A stretch of DNA of 64,000 nt from a virus (lineage: Duplodnaviria; Heunggongvirae; Uroviricota; Caudoviricetes), in the IMG/VR virus record IMGVR_UViG_2740892449_000004, one strand, 5' to 3'. Of the stretch, positions 11,030-25,025 are shown piece after piece. The notes beneath the pieces were generated by a model. That model had not been told where the DNA came from and did no database searches. It worked only from the letters and a program-made list of their open reading frames with translations. A program made the position numbers and the translations under genes. Position 1 is the stretch's first letter; the number at the start of each line of letters is the position of its first letter.

Positions 11030-11115
11030 TGCCTTCTAAAGGGATCGAGTCAGTCGGTATTGGCTGTGAATGGGTGTTTGTCCTGGAGCGTAAAAAATTC
11101 GCTTATGAGGTCTTT

Positions 11116-11673
11116 ATGAAGGGAAAAACAGCCGCAGGAGGCGGTGCAATTTGCGCTATCGCGGTGATGATTACCATCGTGATGGGTAATGGCAATGTGC
11201 GAACCAACCAGGCGGGGCTTGAGCTGATTGGTAACGCTGAAGGTTGCCGACGTGATCCATACATGTGCCCGGCGGGTGTATGGACTGACGGGATTGGTAA
11301 TACACACGGGGTAACGCCAGGCGTGCGAAAAACCGACCAGCAAATCGCCGCTGATTGGGAAAAGAATATCCTGATCGCTGAACGCTGTATTAACCAGCAC
11401 TTCCGGGGCAAAGACATGCCCGATAATGCCTTCAGCGCAATGACAAGCGCGGCATTCAATATGGGATGCAATAGTTTACGGACCTACTACAGCAAAGCGC
11501 GAGGCATGCGAGTAGAAACGTCCATCCACAAGTGGGCGCAGAAAGGAGAATGGGTGAATATGTGTAACCATCTCCCTGATTTCGTGAACAGTAACGGCGT
11601 GCCCCTGCGAGGTTTAAAGATTCGCCGTGAAAAAGAACGCCAGCTTTGCCTGACGGGACTGGTCAATGAATAA
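11116..11673 (+). CDS. lyz: SAR endolysin (lysozyme)
   Basis: ATG at 11116 with GAGG RBS; N-terminal SAR segment GGGAICAIAVMITIVMG; matches P1 Lyz from memory. Confidence 0.95.
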   Translation: MKGKTAAGGGAICAIAVMITIVMGNGNVRTNQAGLELIGNAEGCRRDPYMCPAGVWTDGIGNTHGVTPGVRKTDQQIAADWEKNILIAERCINQHFRGKDMPDNAFSAMTSAAFNMGCNSLRTYYSKARGMRVETSIHKWAQKGEWVNMCNHLPDFVNSNGVPLRGLKIRREKERQLCLTGLVNE

Positions 11674-11920
11674 ACTCCGGCAGCTCCGCCGACTTTCGAC
11701 AATGAAGTTATCGCTGGCGGCGATAGTTTTTGACTCGATTTTCATGGCGGTATATGTGCTCAATGAGACGTGGCCACTGGAACCGCTATTATATGCCGGG
11801 CTTCGGCTGTGCCTGACATTTTTGAGCATGGCTGCAAGATTGATGCAGCAGAAAGAAACCGCTTCAGATTGTCCACGCCGCGCGGTGCGCAAATATATGG
11901 CACGCAGGCGAAGGCGATAA
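11666..11920 (+). CDS. Small hypothetical membrane protein overlapping lyz stop
   Basis: ORF track 84 aa; ATGA-type overlap with lyz; hydrophobic core and Arg-rich C-terminus. Confidence 0.3.
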   Translation: MNKLRQLRRLSTMKLSLAAIVFDSIFMAVYVLNETWPLEPLLYAGLRLCLTFLSMAARLMQQKETASDCPRRAVRKYMARRRRR

Positions 11921-11933
11921 TAGTTAACGAGAA

Positions 11934-11959
11934 CCCCGGCAGCCGCCGGGGTTATTTTT
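11934..11959 (+). terminator. Intrinsic terminator between convergent lyz region and pro
   Basis: Hairpin CCCCGGC-AGC-GCCGGGG followed by TTATTTTT. Confidence 0.5.
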
Positions 11960-11964
11960 GGTGG

Positions 11965-14695
<2,731 letters not shown>

Positions 14696-14733
14696 TTAAT
14701 TAGAATAATTCGCATCGTGTTTGAACGGAATTT

Positions 14734-14750
14734 AACACTAGTCACTTGTT
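14734..14750 (-). promoter_or_regulatory. Candidate late-promoter element in prt-darB divergent region
   Basis: Minus-strand AACAAGTGACTAGTGTT followed by TAAATT; 12/13 identical to the element at 48327. Confidence 0.4.
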
Positions 14751-14761
14751 AAGGATTACCA

Positions 14762-17700
14762 ATGAACAAGCTATCTATGGGGGTGTTTCGCTGTTCAAGT
14801 GTCAGCGAAATATTGAAATACATTAGGGCAATAACATCTCACCGAGCGCCGATTAGATACGGCGTGGAAAAGGTGGAAGGCAAAAGCTATGACCGACTGC
14901 GCCGGGAGGCGAATCAGAAGGCGATAGATTTGCTTAATTCACTGGTGGACGGCGCGACACTGACAGATGAACAGCGCCAGATCCTGGCTGGGTACACCGG
15001 TGAAGGCGGCATTGGCGGGTCCGTCTCCGAATATTACACACCAAAGCCGATCGCTGAAGGTGTCTGGGAGATCATGAAGCTCTACGGCGCGGACGTAGGT
15101 AACACTCTGGAACCATCGGCGGGAACCGGCGTTTTTAATGAGACAAAACCGGTTGGTACGGTGATGACCGCGACTGAGATCAGCAGTGTTTCCGGTCGTA
15201 TAAACCAGCTGTTACACCCGGAAGACAGCGTACAGATTTCCCCGTTCGAACAACTGGCTGTAAGCACGCCTAACGATTCATTCGACCATGTTGTGGGTAA
15301 CGTTCCGTTCGGCGGTCGTGATAACACACGCAACATCGATAAGCCTTACGCAGAAGAAACGGACATGGGTTCTTACTTCATGCTCCGCATGCTGGACAAG
15401 ATAAAGCCAGGCGGATTCATGTGCGTGATTGTGCCGCCGTCCATTGTTTCAGGTTCAAACATGAAGCGGTTACGCCTGCGCCTATCCCGTAAAGCTGAAT
15501 TTCTTGGTGCCCACCGCTTGCCTACCGGTACTTTTGACGCAAACGGGACCAGTACAGTCGTTGATGTGGTGCTGATGCGCAAACATCCGGCAGAGATGGC
15601 TGAGAAAATCCCCCTGGTGGATGAAAGCACTCTTGAATCGGCAAATGTGCTTTGGCCAACGTTTATTTCTGGCAAGTGGTTTGAAAAGGATGGCCGCCGG
15701 TTTGTTCATGGCACCCAGGAAAAGGGCTTCCAGGGGCGTATTGAGGTTCGTGCCGACGGTCAGATTGATAACCAGGCTCTTAAAGCGAAGCTGATTCATC
15801 GTTTCGAAAGCCGTATCGACTGGTCTTTGCTCGATATGGCTGAACCGTCACCGACCGCAGACGTTGTTGATGAAGGGGAAATGCGCCTGATTAATGGCGT
15901 ATGGCAAAAATATGCTGGTGGTCGCTGGATTGAAGCTGATGCCGGGAAGGAACTTAAAATTGATGCTGCCAGTTATGGCGCGGATAGCTGGGAGGCTCTT
16001 CAGCGTAACCTGACTACAACAGAAGGCCGTCTCGGTATGACATTTACCCAGATGGCAAATGTCCGCGATAAGTACACCACATCAATCAGCGACGATATGG
16101 TGCAGCTGGTGGACTGGATTAACAGCCAGCCTGAAAAATACCGTGAACGCTTGTATCGTGGGGCGATGATTGGCCGGATGTTAATTGAATATCAGGATAT
16201 GAAGGCCGCCGGGCATAGTGCTGAACAAATCGAACAGCAGCGCCTTTCTCTGGTATCCCGTTTGCAGGCAGAGATTGACCGTTTTGGTAACCCTGGTCGC
16301 GGTCCGATAGCTAAATTATCGGGAAGCGGTGCGCGCGCCTGGTTTGCTTTCCGTGGTGCAATTAAGCTGGATGGCACTATTTCTGACGAGCTGACAGGAA
16401 AGCTGGTTACGCATGATTCCAGCGCCAGTTATGACTCCACCAGCTATCAGGACACCCTGCGTTATCTCTATAGCGATCTTACCCGCGATCCAATCCAGCT
16501 CGATGATTTCCGCCTTGCGTTTACCGGCGAATTGCCAGCCAGTGATGAAGAGTTGCTTAATTTATTGGCCAGCACTCCTGGTATTGCGGTTTCACCGTAT
16601 GGCGGGATTGTTCCGTTCGCCCGCGCCACCAGCGGCGACATTAACGAGATAGTGGCTCCAAAACAGGAATTCCTCGCCACGCTCCCCGACGGTCCAGTAA
16701 AGAACAACGTCCTTAATCAGCTGGCAGCGATCGAAGAGAAGCGCATCAAGACGCCAGCAGAGAATATCCGCTTTAAGCTCAATAGCCGTTGGTTCGACCG
16801 TTCCGTCATTCTGGAGTTTTTGCAGGAAAACGGCTATCCGGATCTGCGCTATGTGCAGTCAGTGCAGCTGGAAGGCGACGAAATGGTTTCTGACACCTAT
16901 CACGGTGGTGATGGCCTGTTCGTCGGGCACCGATACGGTGTCGTCCAGCGCAAGGATAAAGAAACAGGCGAGATCCGCTACGAGTGGGACCGTAAATCAG
17001 GTGAAAACGCGACCGGGTTCCCGGCACAGCTGGAAAAGTATCTCAATGGTGCGCGTATCGGTGGCAAAGATAGCGCGACGGCGAACGGCTACCGCGAGCA
17101 GATGGCACTGCTTGAGGACCAGTTCAATAAGTGGATCAAGACGCACGATCGCTACGATGAGCTGGTTGCCAAATACAACGATGTGTTCAATAGCAATATC
17201 CCGTATGAACACTCTGGCGATCCGCTTGGGTTGAAGGGATTAAGCGGTAAGCGACAGCCATTTGATTACCAGAATAGCGAGGTGCGCCGACTGTCCGAAG
17301 ATGGGCGCGGCATCCTGGGCTTCGGTACCGGGCTGGGTAAAACCACGACCGCGCTGGCGCTTGAGGCGTTCAACTATGAGAACGGTCGTTCCACCCGTAC
17401 TGCGTATGTAGTGCCTAAATCAGTGCTGGAAAACTGGTATTACGAAGCAAAAGAGTTCCTGAGTGAAGAGGCATTCAGTAACTACCTGTTCGTCGGTCTT
17501 GATGTGCTGATGGATGGCGATCAGATTCGCCAGGTGCCGGTGCTCAATGAGAACGGTAAACCTGTTCTTGGTACTGATGGCACTCCAGTTATGCGCGATG
17601 CTCTTAAGCTGGCAGATGAAGCCACTATCACGGCGCGGATGAACGCGATCCCGCACTCAAATTACCGTGCAGTCGTGTTTACCAAAGAACAATACGCCCG

Positions 17701-20700
17701 CATTCCGCTACGTGATGACACCGTAGATGAGCATGCACAGGATATGCTTTATGACTTCGTTGCCGCCGGGCGCGTAGCCAGCGCAATGGATTCCGATTCC
17801 CATCGCAAAGAGGCGGCGCGTCGCCGGGTATTGTCGGAGTATTCAGATACCGGTACCGAAAAAGCAGAGAAGTATCCGTACTTTGAGGATATGGGCTTCG
17901 ACAGCGTGATCGCCGACGAAGGCCACAACTACCGCAATAGCTATAAAAATGGTCGCGAAGCGTCACAACTGGCCTATCTGCCACCAGCGCGGTGGCGCAA
18001 TCGGCGCGGGATATGGCAATCAAAAACGCGTACCTGATGAAAAAGAATGGCGGGCGCGGGCCGGTTCTCCTGACTGCAACGCCAGTCGTTAACACCCCGA
18101 TCGATGCATACAACATGCTTTCTCATGTTCTGCCGAAGGAATACTGGCAGAAAATGGGGATCTACGGTCCTGATGACTTCGTTAAATTCTTCGGCAAGAC
18201 CAGGCTGGAAACGGTACAGAAAATCAGCGGTGAAGTTGAAGAAAAAATGGCGCTGGTGGGCTTTGAAAACCTTGATGCGCTGCGCGGCATATTCCATCGC
18301 TGGACAACGCTTAAAACGGCGGAAGACGTTAAGGATACCGTGGAGATCCCGGAACTGGACGAACACCAGCAGGATGCACCACTTACGGAAGAACAACTGG
18401 CGGCGTATGAAGAATTGCGTCAGCAGGCGGAAGCGGCAGCCAAAGCCAACAATGGCGTAACGACCTCGGTCAATGAAGACGGCGTGATTGAGCACGAGAA
18501 AGCCCGTCCGATCTTCTCAATAATCAGGGATATGGACCGCGTATGTACTGACATGGACCTGTACTATCGCAGGATCACCTATCGTTTCCTGCCGGAGTAC
18601 GCCGATGCGGTGCAGCAGCTGGCGGACAGTTTGCCTAAACAAGCCACCAGCGAAGACGACGACAGTGATGATTCGATCACGCAGCAATCGCAATACTCCC
18701 TGATAGATAAGGGCGAGTTTATTCAGTTGCAGGTACCGGAAGCATTTGAGCAGGAAGTGAATAAGCGCCTGGCCAAGTTTGGCATTGACGAACAGACCGT
18801 AACTCACCCCGTTACGCCCAAATACGCGAAGCTGATTGCCACGCTGAAGGAGTTTTTCCCGGAAGGTAAGCAAATCATCTTCACCGATGAAAAAACGCAA
18901 CACCAGAAGCTCAAGCGCATTATCTGCAATGCTCTTAACCTTGAACCTTCAAAGGTGGGGATCCTGAATGCTCAGACGGTTGCCGAGGCAGGTAAAACCG
19001 GTAAGAAACTGAAAGCGGTTAAACCGCCGAAAGAGCTACCGGATGAACCAACAGATGCACAGATAGCGAAATACAACGAGCAAATGGCTCTGTATGACGC
19101 CTATATCGCGCAGCAAAATGAAATGTCGCTGGGTGGGCTGGAAAAGATTGCTGCCGACTTCCAGGAGGGCCGGACTCCGATCATCATCTGCAACAAAAAG
19201 GCAGAGGTGGGTATCAACCTGCATCGAGGAACGACTGACATCCATCATCTGACGTTGCCATGGACACCAGCCAGTATCGCACAGCGTAACGGTCGCGGTG
19301 CCCGAGTTGGTTCCAACCGTGCAAGCGTTCGCGTTCACTACTACTGCGGCAAGGGTTCTTTCGATGAATACCGACTGAAGACGCTGAAGCGTAAAGCAGG
19401 CTGGATCTCCGATATCCTCCGCTCAGATAAGTCTGAAATGGAGAACGCCGACGCCAACGATATGATCGAAATGCAGATGTATACCGCTAAGGATGATGGC
19501 GAACGTCTGGCAATGATGCAGGTTCAAATGGATAAGGCGAAAGCCGCGCAACGCGCTCGCCAGAAAGAACAGGCTACTATCGACCTTCAGAACTACATCA
19601 AGGCGCAGCACGCAGCTGGCGAGGATGTGGAGGTACTTACCGCTGAATTAGAGCGAAGCAAAGCGGAACTTGAAAAGACCACCGCCGAGGTAGCTAAATT
19701 CAAACAGGCGGTAATGGCCAAAGCAGCTGATAACGCAGACTGGAAGGCCCGCTGGGGGAGCGTCCATCACACAGACCGTATGTTGTTAGCACAGTATCGC
19801 GCGTCGTTGAAAAACGCCATTCAGCGCAAGGCTAATATCTCTCAAGCCATCTCCCGCTATGAGAAATTATTGAACCGTACTCAGAAGGCCGCGACGGATA
19901 TCAAACGCCTGCGCCCGCTGGTGGAGGATGCAATAAATAAAGGCATTCTGGATGTTGATCCTGACCTGGTTAACCATGCGAGTGAGTTCCTTGTTATCGG
20001 CGATCGCTCATGGCGTGTAGGCCAATACTACGATTGTGCCGGTGATATCGTTCGCATTAAGTCGCTGGACTTCGACAGCCAGCGCGCAGACGTGGAGATC
20101 ATCTTTACCTTCAAAGGCACCAAATCGGGTAACTGGGATGTGAAGACGCTGGATAAACAGGTGGATGTAACTCCCGATGAAGATGCTGTTATGCAGAAAA
20201 TCAGTGGTGGCGTCTCCATCGCCGGGATTAACGACATCATTTCCTGTGACGATTTCTACCGTTTCCAGCAGCGCGGCATGATCAAAATAACTGACTCGTA
20301 CGGCGTTCAGACTACAGAGTCAGGCTATAGCATTGATTTTGTTGGTACCTATACGGACCCACTGAAGCATGCGGTTTACCCGGATCGCCGTGACGGCGCG
20401 CTGAAGTCGTCAATTGCAAAATGGGTGCTTGGTATGATGTCGGAAGGGAATAACCGCCAGATCCGTTCGGCAGAAACATTCCTGGTTGAATTGTTTGGCT
20501 CCAATTATGGCGATGTAATCGCGTCATACGGAGATACGCTATCCCCTGAAGCAATTCAGGAGAAAATAGCGGATGCGATCGCCAGAATGCCGGAAAAAAC
20601 AAGCCAGGGGGCTACTCGTAACGGGGATTCTGAACTTGAAGTCACCAATGCCATTTTCGGTACCAATGAGTTCCGGGCGTCAGATTATGAGATCACCACA

Positions 20701-21528
20701 GCACAGTTTGGCACCATTGGCATTTACAGCAATAAAGCCGAGATCAAGCAGGCAATGGACGCAGCAAGCGCGCGCATCGCAGCAGAACGGGAAGCCAATC
20801 TGAATCATGCAGTCGCCGCGCTGACTCAATCGTGGGTAACAGCAATCAGGGAGGCCGCCACCACAGGGAAAATCACACCTGCAATAGCGGATGTCGTAAA
20901 CGACGGCTCTAAATTTATGGATGCCTATCAAATGGATGCGGTGAAGTTGCCATCAGCCTATGGTCAACTCAGCTATCGCATGACCTACAACCTGGTATCA
21001 ATGTTTTCCGACCTTGCCATCCTTGGGCTGGTGGATCTTAACGAGGTTACGCCGGAATTGCTCAGCATGCGCAAGAATCATGTGGAGATATTGCAGAGAA
21101 TTAACACGGTTCTTGCCGGGCGCACCGATGAAGAGAAACAGGCCGACGCTGATCGGATAAACCTAGCCCTTGGCAACATCACGGAGGAAGAGATTGCCGC
21201 CAGAAACGAGAAACAAGAAGAGTTATCATCAATACAGGGTGATGCCACCAGCATAGCTCAGTCTCTTGGTCTGAATTATCGCGTATCCACCGCCGACCTG
21301 AAGATGATGTACGCACCAAAATTCGCCGCTGGCGAGGTATTTGGGCTTCAGGAAGCCTCAGGCATGAAAGGCGTTCTTTTCCGTGCGAAAGACGCAATCA
21401 AGGCGAAATTCGGCGCTCGCTGGCTGCCAGCGAAGGCGAAGAACAGCGATTTCCCGGGTAACTGGTGGATTATCGAGACAAAACACAACGTGGCGGACGT
21501 TCTGGCCGTCATCCAACAATACGCATAA
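14762..21528 (+). CDS. darB: DarB-like antirestriction protein (N6-adenine methyltransferase-like domain + DExH helicase), frame broken once
   Basis: Track ORFs 14762..18037 and 17992..21528; motifs VGNVPFGG, GFGTGLGKTTT (helicase motif I), ADEGHNYRN (DEGH), QRNGRGARVGS (motif VI); span 6767 nt = 3n+2, one added base gives 2255 codons. Confidence 0.85.
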
Positions 21529-21561
21529 CAGGAGCGCCCGGTTCGCCGGGCGTCGCATAAT

Positions 21562-22002
21562 ATGGCCACACTATCTGATACAATAAAACCGAATAAAACA
21601 TATCTTGAGGCGGTACTGCGTACGGCATTGTTAGGAAAGACAGAAGACGAATACGTTGATTTCTTCCTGTCAGGGCTACGCGGGCGATTACTGAAAAATC
21701 CCCGCCTGTACCGCAGCTATGGCCCATACTGGCCGGAAATTAAAAAATTATTACTGGAGCGCGGTTATGGTAATTTCGGTCGTCTCGTTGACCGTGACGT
21801 TCGCAAAATTTACCGTTATGACCGCCCGGCGCTAACACTCATAGCCGCGACGCTCTACAGCCAGGAGCGTTTTGATAATGGTCAGATATACTCAGCCTGG
21901 CATTTACTGCCAGTGCCTGAAGAAGTTGACGACCAGGACTATGAGTTTGAGTCTTACGATTTGGAAGTTGAAGCCTTGGCACAGGCTGGAGAGAAAACTT
22001 GA
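21562..22002 (+). CDS. Ulx-like protein (by position downstream of darB)
   Basis: ORF track 146 aa; 33 nt after darB stop; stop overlaps next start. Confidence 0.5.
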   Translation: MATLSDTIKPNKTYLEAVLRTALLGKTEDEYVDFFLSGLRGRLLKNPRLYRSYGPYWPEIKKLLLERGYGNFGRLVDRDVRKIYRYDRPALTLIAATLYSQERFDNGQIYSAWHLLPVPEEVDDQDYEFESYDLEVEALAQAGEKT

Positions 22003-22247
22003 AAAAGCGATACTACACAGTAAAGCATGGGACGCTACGAGCATTACAAGAGTTTGCTGATAAGCATAACGTTGAGGTGCGCAGGGAAGGGGGAAGTAAA
22101 GCTCTGCGCATGTACCGTCCGGACGGGAAATGGCGTACGGTCGTCGATTTCAAAACTAACAGCGTTCCCCAGGGCGTCCGCGACCGGGCATTCGAAGAAT
22201 GGGAGCAGATCATCATAGATAACGCATTGCTCCTGAATGCTGATTAA
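21999..22247 (+). CDS. Lxc/Bof-like C1 corepressor (by size and position)
   Basis: ORF track 82 aa; ATGA-type overlap with upstream gene; basic small protein. Confidence 0.45.
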   Translation: MKKRYYTVKHGTLRALQEFADKHNVEVRREGGSKALRMYRPDGKWRTVVDFKTNSVPQGVRDRAFEEWEQIIIDNALLLNAD

Positions 22248-22255
22248 ATCTTTGG

Positions 22256-22280
22256 CTATGCCTGGCTAAGCCAGGCATAG
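22256..22280. terminator. Hairpin between convergent lxc-like gene and RelA/SpoT gene
   Basis: Perfect 11-bp stem CTATGCCTGGC-TAA-GCCAGGCATAG between stops at 22247 and 22285; flanking T-runs weak. Confidence 0.45.
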
Positions 22281-22284
22281 GAAT

Positions 22285-23424
22285 TTACACAGTATCAATG
22301 TGTCTGCTAAGGAATCTCCCGAACTGATTTGTTGACCCAAAATAGTTAGGATAAGCCTTTTTAAGAGATTTAATGTTGTTAGTGGCAAGCAGCACCGCAA
22401 TTAATACTTCAGGATCCGCATCATCCTTATTAAGTTCCTGGAGGGCTTGTTCCGATTCTTTTTTCCTAAAAGGTTTCACAGAAACAAGAAACTTTCCAGT
22501 ATCCTTGCCATTTTTTGTTATGGCGTTTCTCATCCTCACCAAAAAGAATCCATTATGGTTTTTGGGCAGGCTTTTCTTTAGGTTTGCATCTGATGTCAGC
22601 TTCATTGCAAATGTATATGTACTTAATTTTGAGCGAACAGATAAAGCCTCCTCCAATGTTTTAAGCTCTGTTTGATAATTTTTGATGGTTTCATCATCAA
22701 GAATACAGGCACCTTCATCATGAGCAACTAGGCATCCAGAAAGATAAAAAAATCTTCTCCACTCAGGGTGACCTTCATTAGAAGTTTTCAGCTTAATATT
22801 TTCAAGTGTATCTATTATCTCCAGACTTGTTGCCCAAGCATGTTGGAGTTCTGTTCTTAGTTGTACTTCGATTTTAGTTTTACTCCACGGATTGTTACCG
22901 TTTTCTTCATCAAAACAACTATATGCAAGGTGAATGCCACTATATCCGCTTGGCTTTGGAGTTAAATAGTCATATTCCTTTAAGATTTTATGCTTGGAGC
23001 GACTTTTAACTAGTCGGTCTTTTAGTTTCTTTAGTTGTTCGATGTTTCTAACTATAGCTCTACATCCGCCAATATCCTGCATTCTAGTAAGGGCTATTGC
23101 ATTATTTGTTGCGCCGCCGTCAAGACTTGGACGCTCCAGTTTATCAATTATTGTGCTAAGTCTTTTTAGGCGTCTTGCAACAATAATCTTATTCTCTTTA
23201 TCAACTTTTTTTGCAGCCCTATCAAGATGATTTTTCATTAGCATCAATGGATATAAATGAAGCTCGCGGAAATTTTGAATCATTTTAATTGCTTCTTCTC
23301 GCTCTGCGCCCTCACAACCATGTCTAATTTTTCTGGCTGCTTTTTCTATTTGAGATTTCGAATATTTAAGTTCGCATTTTTGGCTTTGATATACTTCACT
23401 GCCCATTACTAACATCCAGTTCAA
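22285..23424 (-). CDS. RelA/SpoT-domain nucleotidyltransferase (toxSAS) fused to a C-terminal domain; CapRel-like candidate
   Basis: Motifs RLKRLSTIIDKL, DIGGCRAIV, SGYSGIHLAY, EVQLRTELQHAWATSLE; visibly AT-rich; TTG at 23424 or ATG at 23415/23406 as start. Confidence 0.8.
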   Translation of the reverse strand: MNWMLVMGSEVYQSQKCELKYSKSQIEKAARKIRHGCEGAEREEAIKMIQNFRELHLYPLMLMKNHLDRAAKKVDKENKIIVARRLKRLSTIIDKLERPSLDGGATNNAIALTRMQDIGGCRAIVRNIEQLKKLKDRLVKSRSKHKILKEYDYLTPKPSGYSGIHLAYSCFDEENGNNPWSKTKIEVQLRTELQHAWATSLEIIDTLENIKLKTSNEGHPEWRRFFYLSGCLVAHDEGACILDDETIKNYQTELKTLEEALSVRSKLSTYTFAMKLTSDANLKKSLPKNHNGFFLVRMRNAITKNGKDTGKFLVSVKPFRKKESEQALQELNKDDADPEVLIAVLLATNNIKSLKKAYPNYFGSTNQFGRFLSRHIDTV

Positions 23425-23518
23425 ATGATTAATGTGTTGTTACATATAATAACAAATCAAGCTAGAAATCAATGGGTATGAAAATGAAACATACCCATAA
23501 TGTTACCTAACGTAACTA

Positions 23519-24160
23519 TTATAAATAGTTCTGTTTACCTGTTAATTCTCCTTGCGGCACTTGTTTTTGCGTTAGTGTTTGAGTTCCGCGAATTATGTTA
23601 ATCAGGGGACTTAGTAATGATGGTTCCTGATGGGCCTCAACTTCTCCAGCCATTGCCCTGATGTAGTCGGCGCTGGCAACGTTGTTGTATTCCGTCGCAA
23701 AGCAACATAGTAACGTCAGAACATGTTCTGTCGTTATTTCGCTCCAGTTGATGTTGAAAAATTCATCGCCTTTTTTATCGTGTTCGGAATCGAAGATGCT
23801 TTGGTGAAGGATGTATTTGCCGGATTCCTTGCGCGGTAACTTGATCGCTTTCTGGCGTTCCAATTCCTTGTAAATCTGCATTGCTTCAATCAGTACCGGT
23901 CTGCCGTTCATGAAGGGATCACGCAACCTTACACGCTGGCCAACTCGACCGGTAATAAAGCTGTTTTCCTCTTCCACCAGCACGATAAAACCCTTTTCCT
24001 CTTTTTCTCGCAATTCGCGCAGCAGCTGGAGTTCCATATCGCGGCGGCGTTCAGGGTAGCTGGTCCGCTCAGCCATTATCAGCTCATTGTTGATCCATGC
24101 AGCAGTCATTGACGCCGGTTTGCCGACGCTCATTGAAACAACGCATATTTTCTTATCCAT
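23519..24160 (-). CDS. Hypothetical protein, Mat-like by position
   Basis: ORF track 23519..24187 (GTG); preferred ATG at 24160 after AGGGG; between ref and the cargo gene. Confidence 0.5.
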   Translation of the reverse strand: MDKKICVVSMSVGKPASMTAAWINNELIMAERTSYPERRRDMELQLLRELREKEEKGFIVLVEEENSFITGRVGQRVRLRDPFMNGRPVLIEAMQIYKELERQKAIKLPRKESGKYILHQSIFDSEHDKKGDEFFNINWSEITTEHVLTLLCCFATEYNNVASADYIRAMAGEVEAHQEPSLLSPLINIIRGTQTLTQKQVPQGELTGKQNYL

Positions 24161-24348
24161 AGCGCCCCTACAAAAAAGAAAAGCCACCAGCGGCGGCTTA
24201 GCAATACAACTGAAGGTAGCGCCCGGTACTCAGACTGTGCCGTCCATGGAATATTTGAAAAGGGATCCATCCGTACCGGGCGTGTGATGATTCTGACTCA
24301 AGTCACTTGTCAGTTGTCAATCATTTAAGATTAAAAATAATATATTTA

Positions 24349-24908
24349 TTAGTGCATGATGTTTGCCATTTCATAGGCGTCAGCCAGCAACTCCATCTCT
24401 GACTTGTTCAACAAGGTGAATTCTTTCTTGCCTCCTACCACGCCATCTGCATGAACAGGGACCAGCCAAGGGTATTTTTCTCTTACTTCAGCCGGTGCTG
24501 CATGCTGGTGGTGCCATCTGCAAAGGGGCAATTGCTTTTTGTGACAACCCGGCGCGGTACGACCGGAGATATGGTGCAGAGACACCTCTTCAGATATTAC
24601 TCCATGCATGTAGCAGGCAATGCAGGGGAGAGTGCCAAGAGCATTGGCGATGCGCCGTTCCTCCGCCGTTGGTGTTCTCCCTTCAAGCCACGAGATTTTA
24701 TTTTTACCGCGCTTTTCCGCGTTTTGCTGGCTGGTGGGCGCTCTTTCTGTTTAGCGATACGGCGGTCGATAGTATCCCGCATTATCTGATATTGAGATTC
24801 TCGCCAGACCGGATCAGCCAACTTCTCCCGTTGCCGAGCGATCGCTCGTTCTCTGGCTGCCTTCTGCCACTCGCGGCGCTGTTCAAGTTTTTGTTCGATT
24901 GTTTTCAT
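24349..24908 (-). CDS. ref: Ref-like HNH endonuclease, frame broken once
   Basis: Track ORFs 24597..24908 (basic N-terminus MKTIEQKLEQ) and 24349..24609 (Cys/His HNH-like SLHHISGRTAPGCHKK...CRWHH); span 560 nt = 3n+2. Confidence 0.65.
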
Positions 24909-24913
24909 ATGGC

Positions 24914-24941
24914 AAAAAAAAAAGGCGGCCTAATGGCCGCC
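24914..24941 (-). promoter_or_regulatory. Hairpin plus U-run in the ref leader (attenuator-like)
   Basis: Minus strand reads GGCGGCC-ATTA-GGCCGCC followed by ten T, ending 5 nt before the ref ATG. Confidence 0.4.
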
Positions 24942-25001
24942 AATGATGTCAAGGAGTTAAGTAATGGCAACGTCTTCGTAGTTGACAAAAACTGCGTCTT
25001 A

Positions 25002-25025
25002 ATTATAGCAATCAATTAGAGCAAT
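25002..25025 (-). promoter_or_regulatory. Putative ref promoter with overlapping C1 operator
   Basis: Minus strand shows ATTGCTCTAATTGAT directly followed by extended -10 TGCTATAAT; operator 17-mer at 25009..25025. Confidence 0.5.

Noticed and set aside
15082-21400. Many short ORFs in both strands inside darB
   Set aside because: All nested within the long helicase/methyltransferase frame
24495-25019. 174-aa plus-strand ORF
   Set aside because: Entirely antisense to ref and its leader; Ala/Arg/Cys-rich composition typical of a shadow ORF
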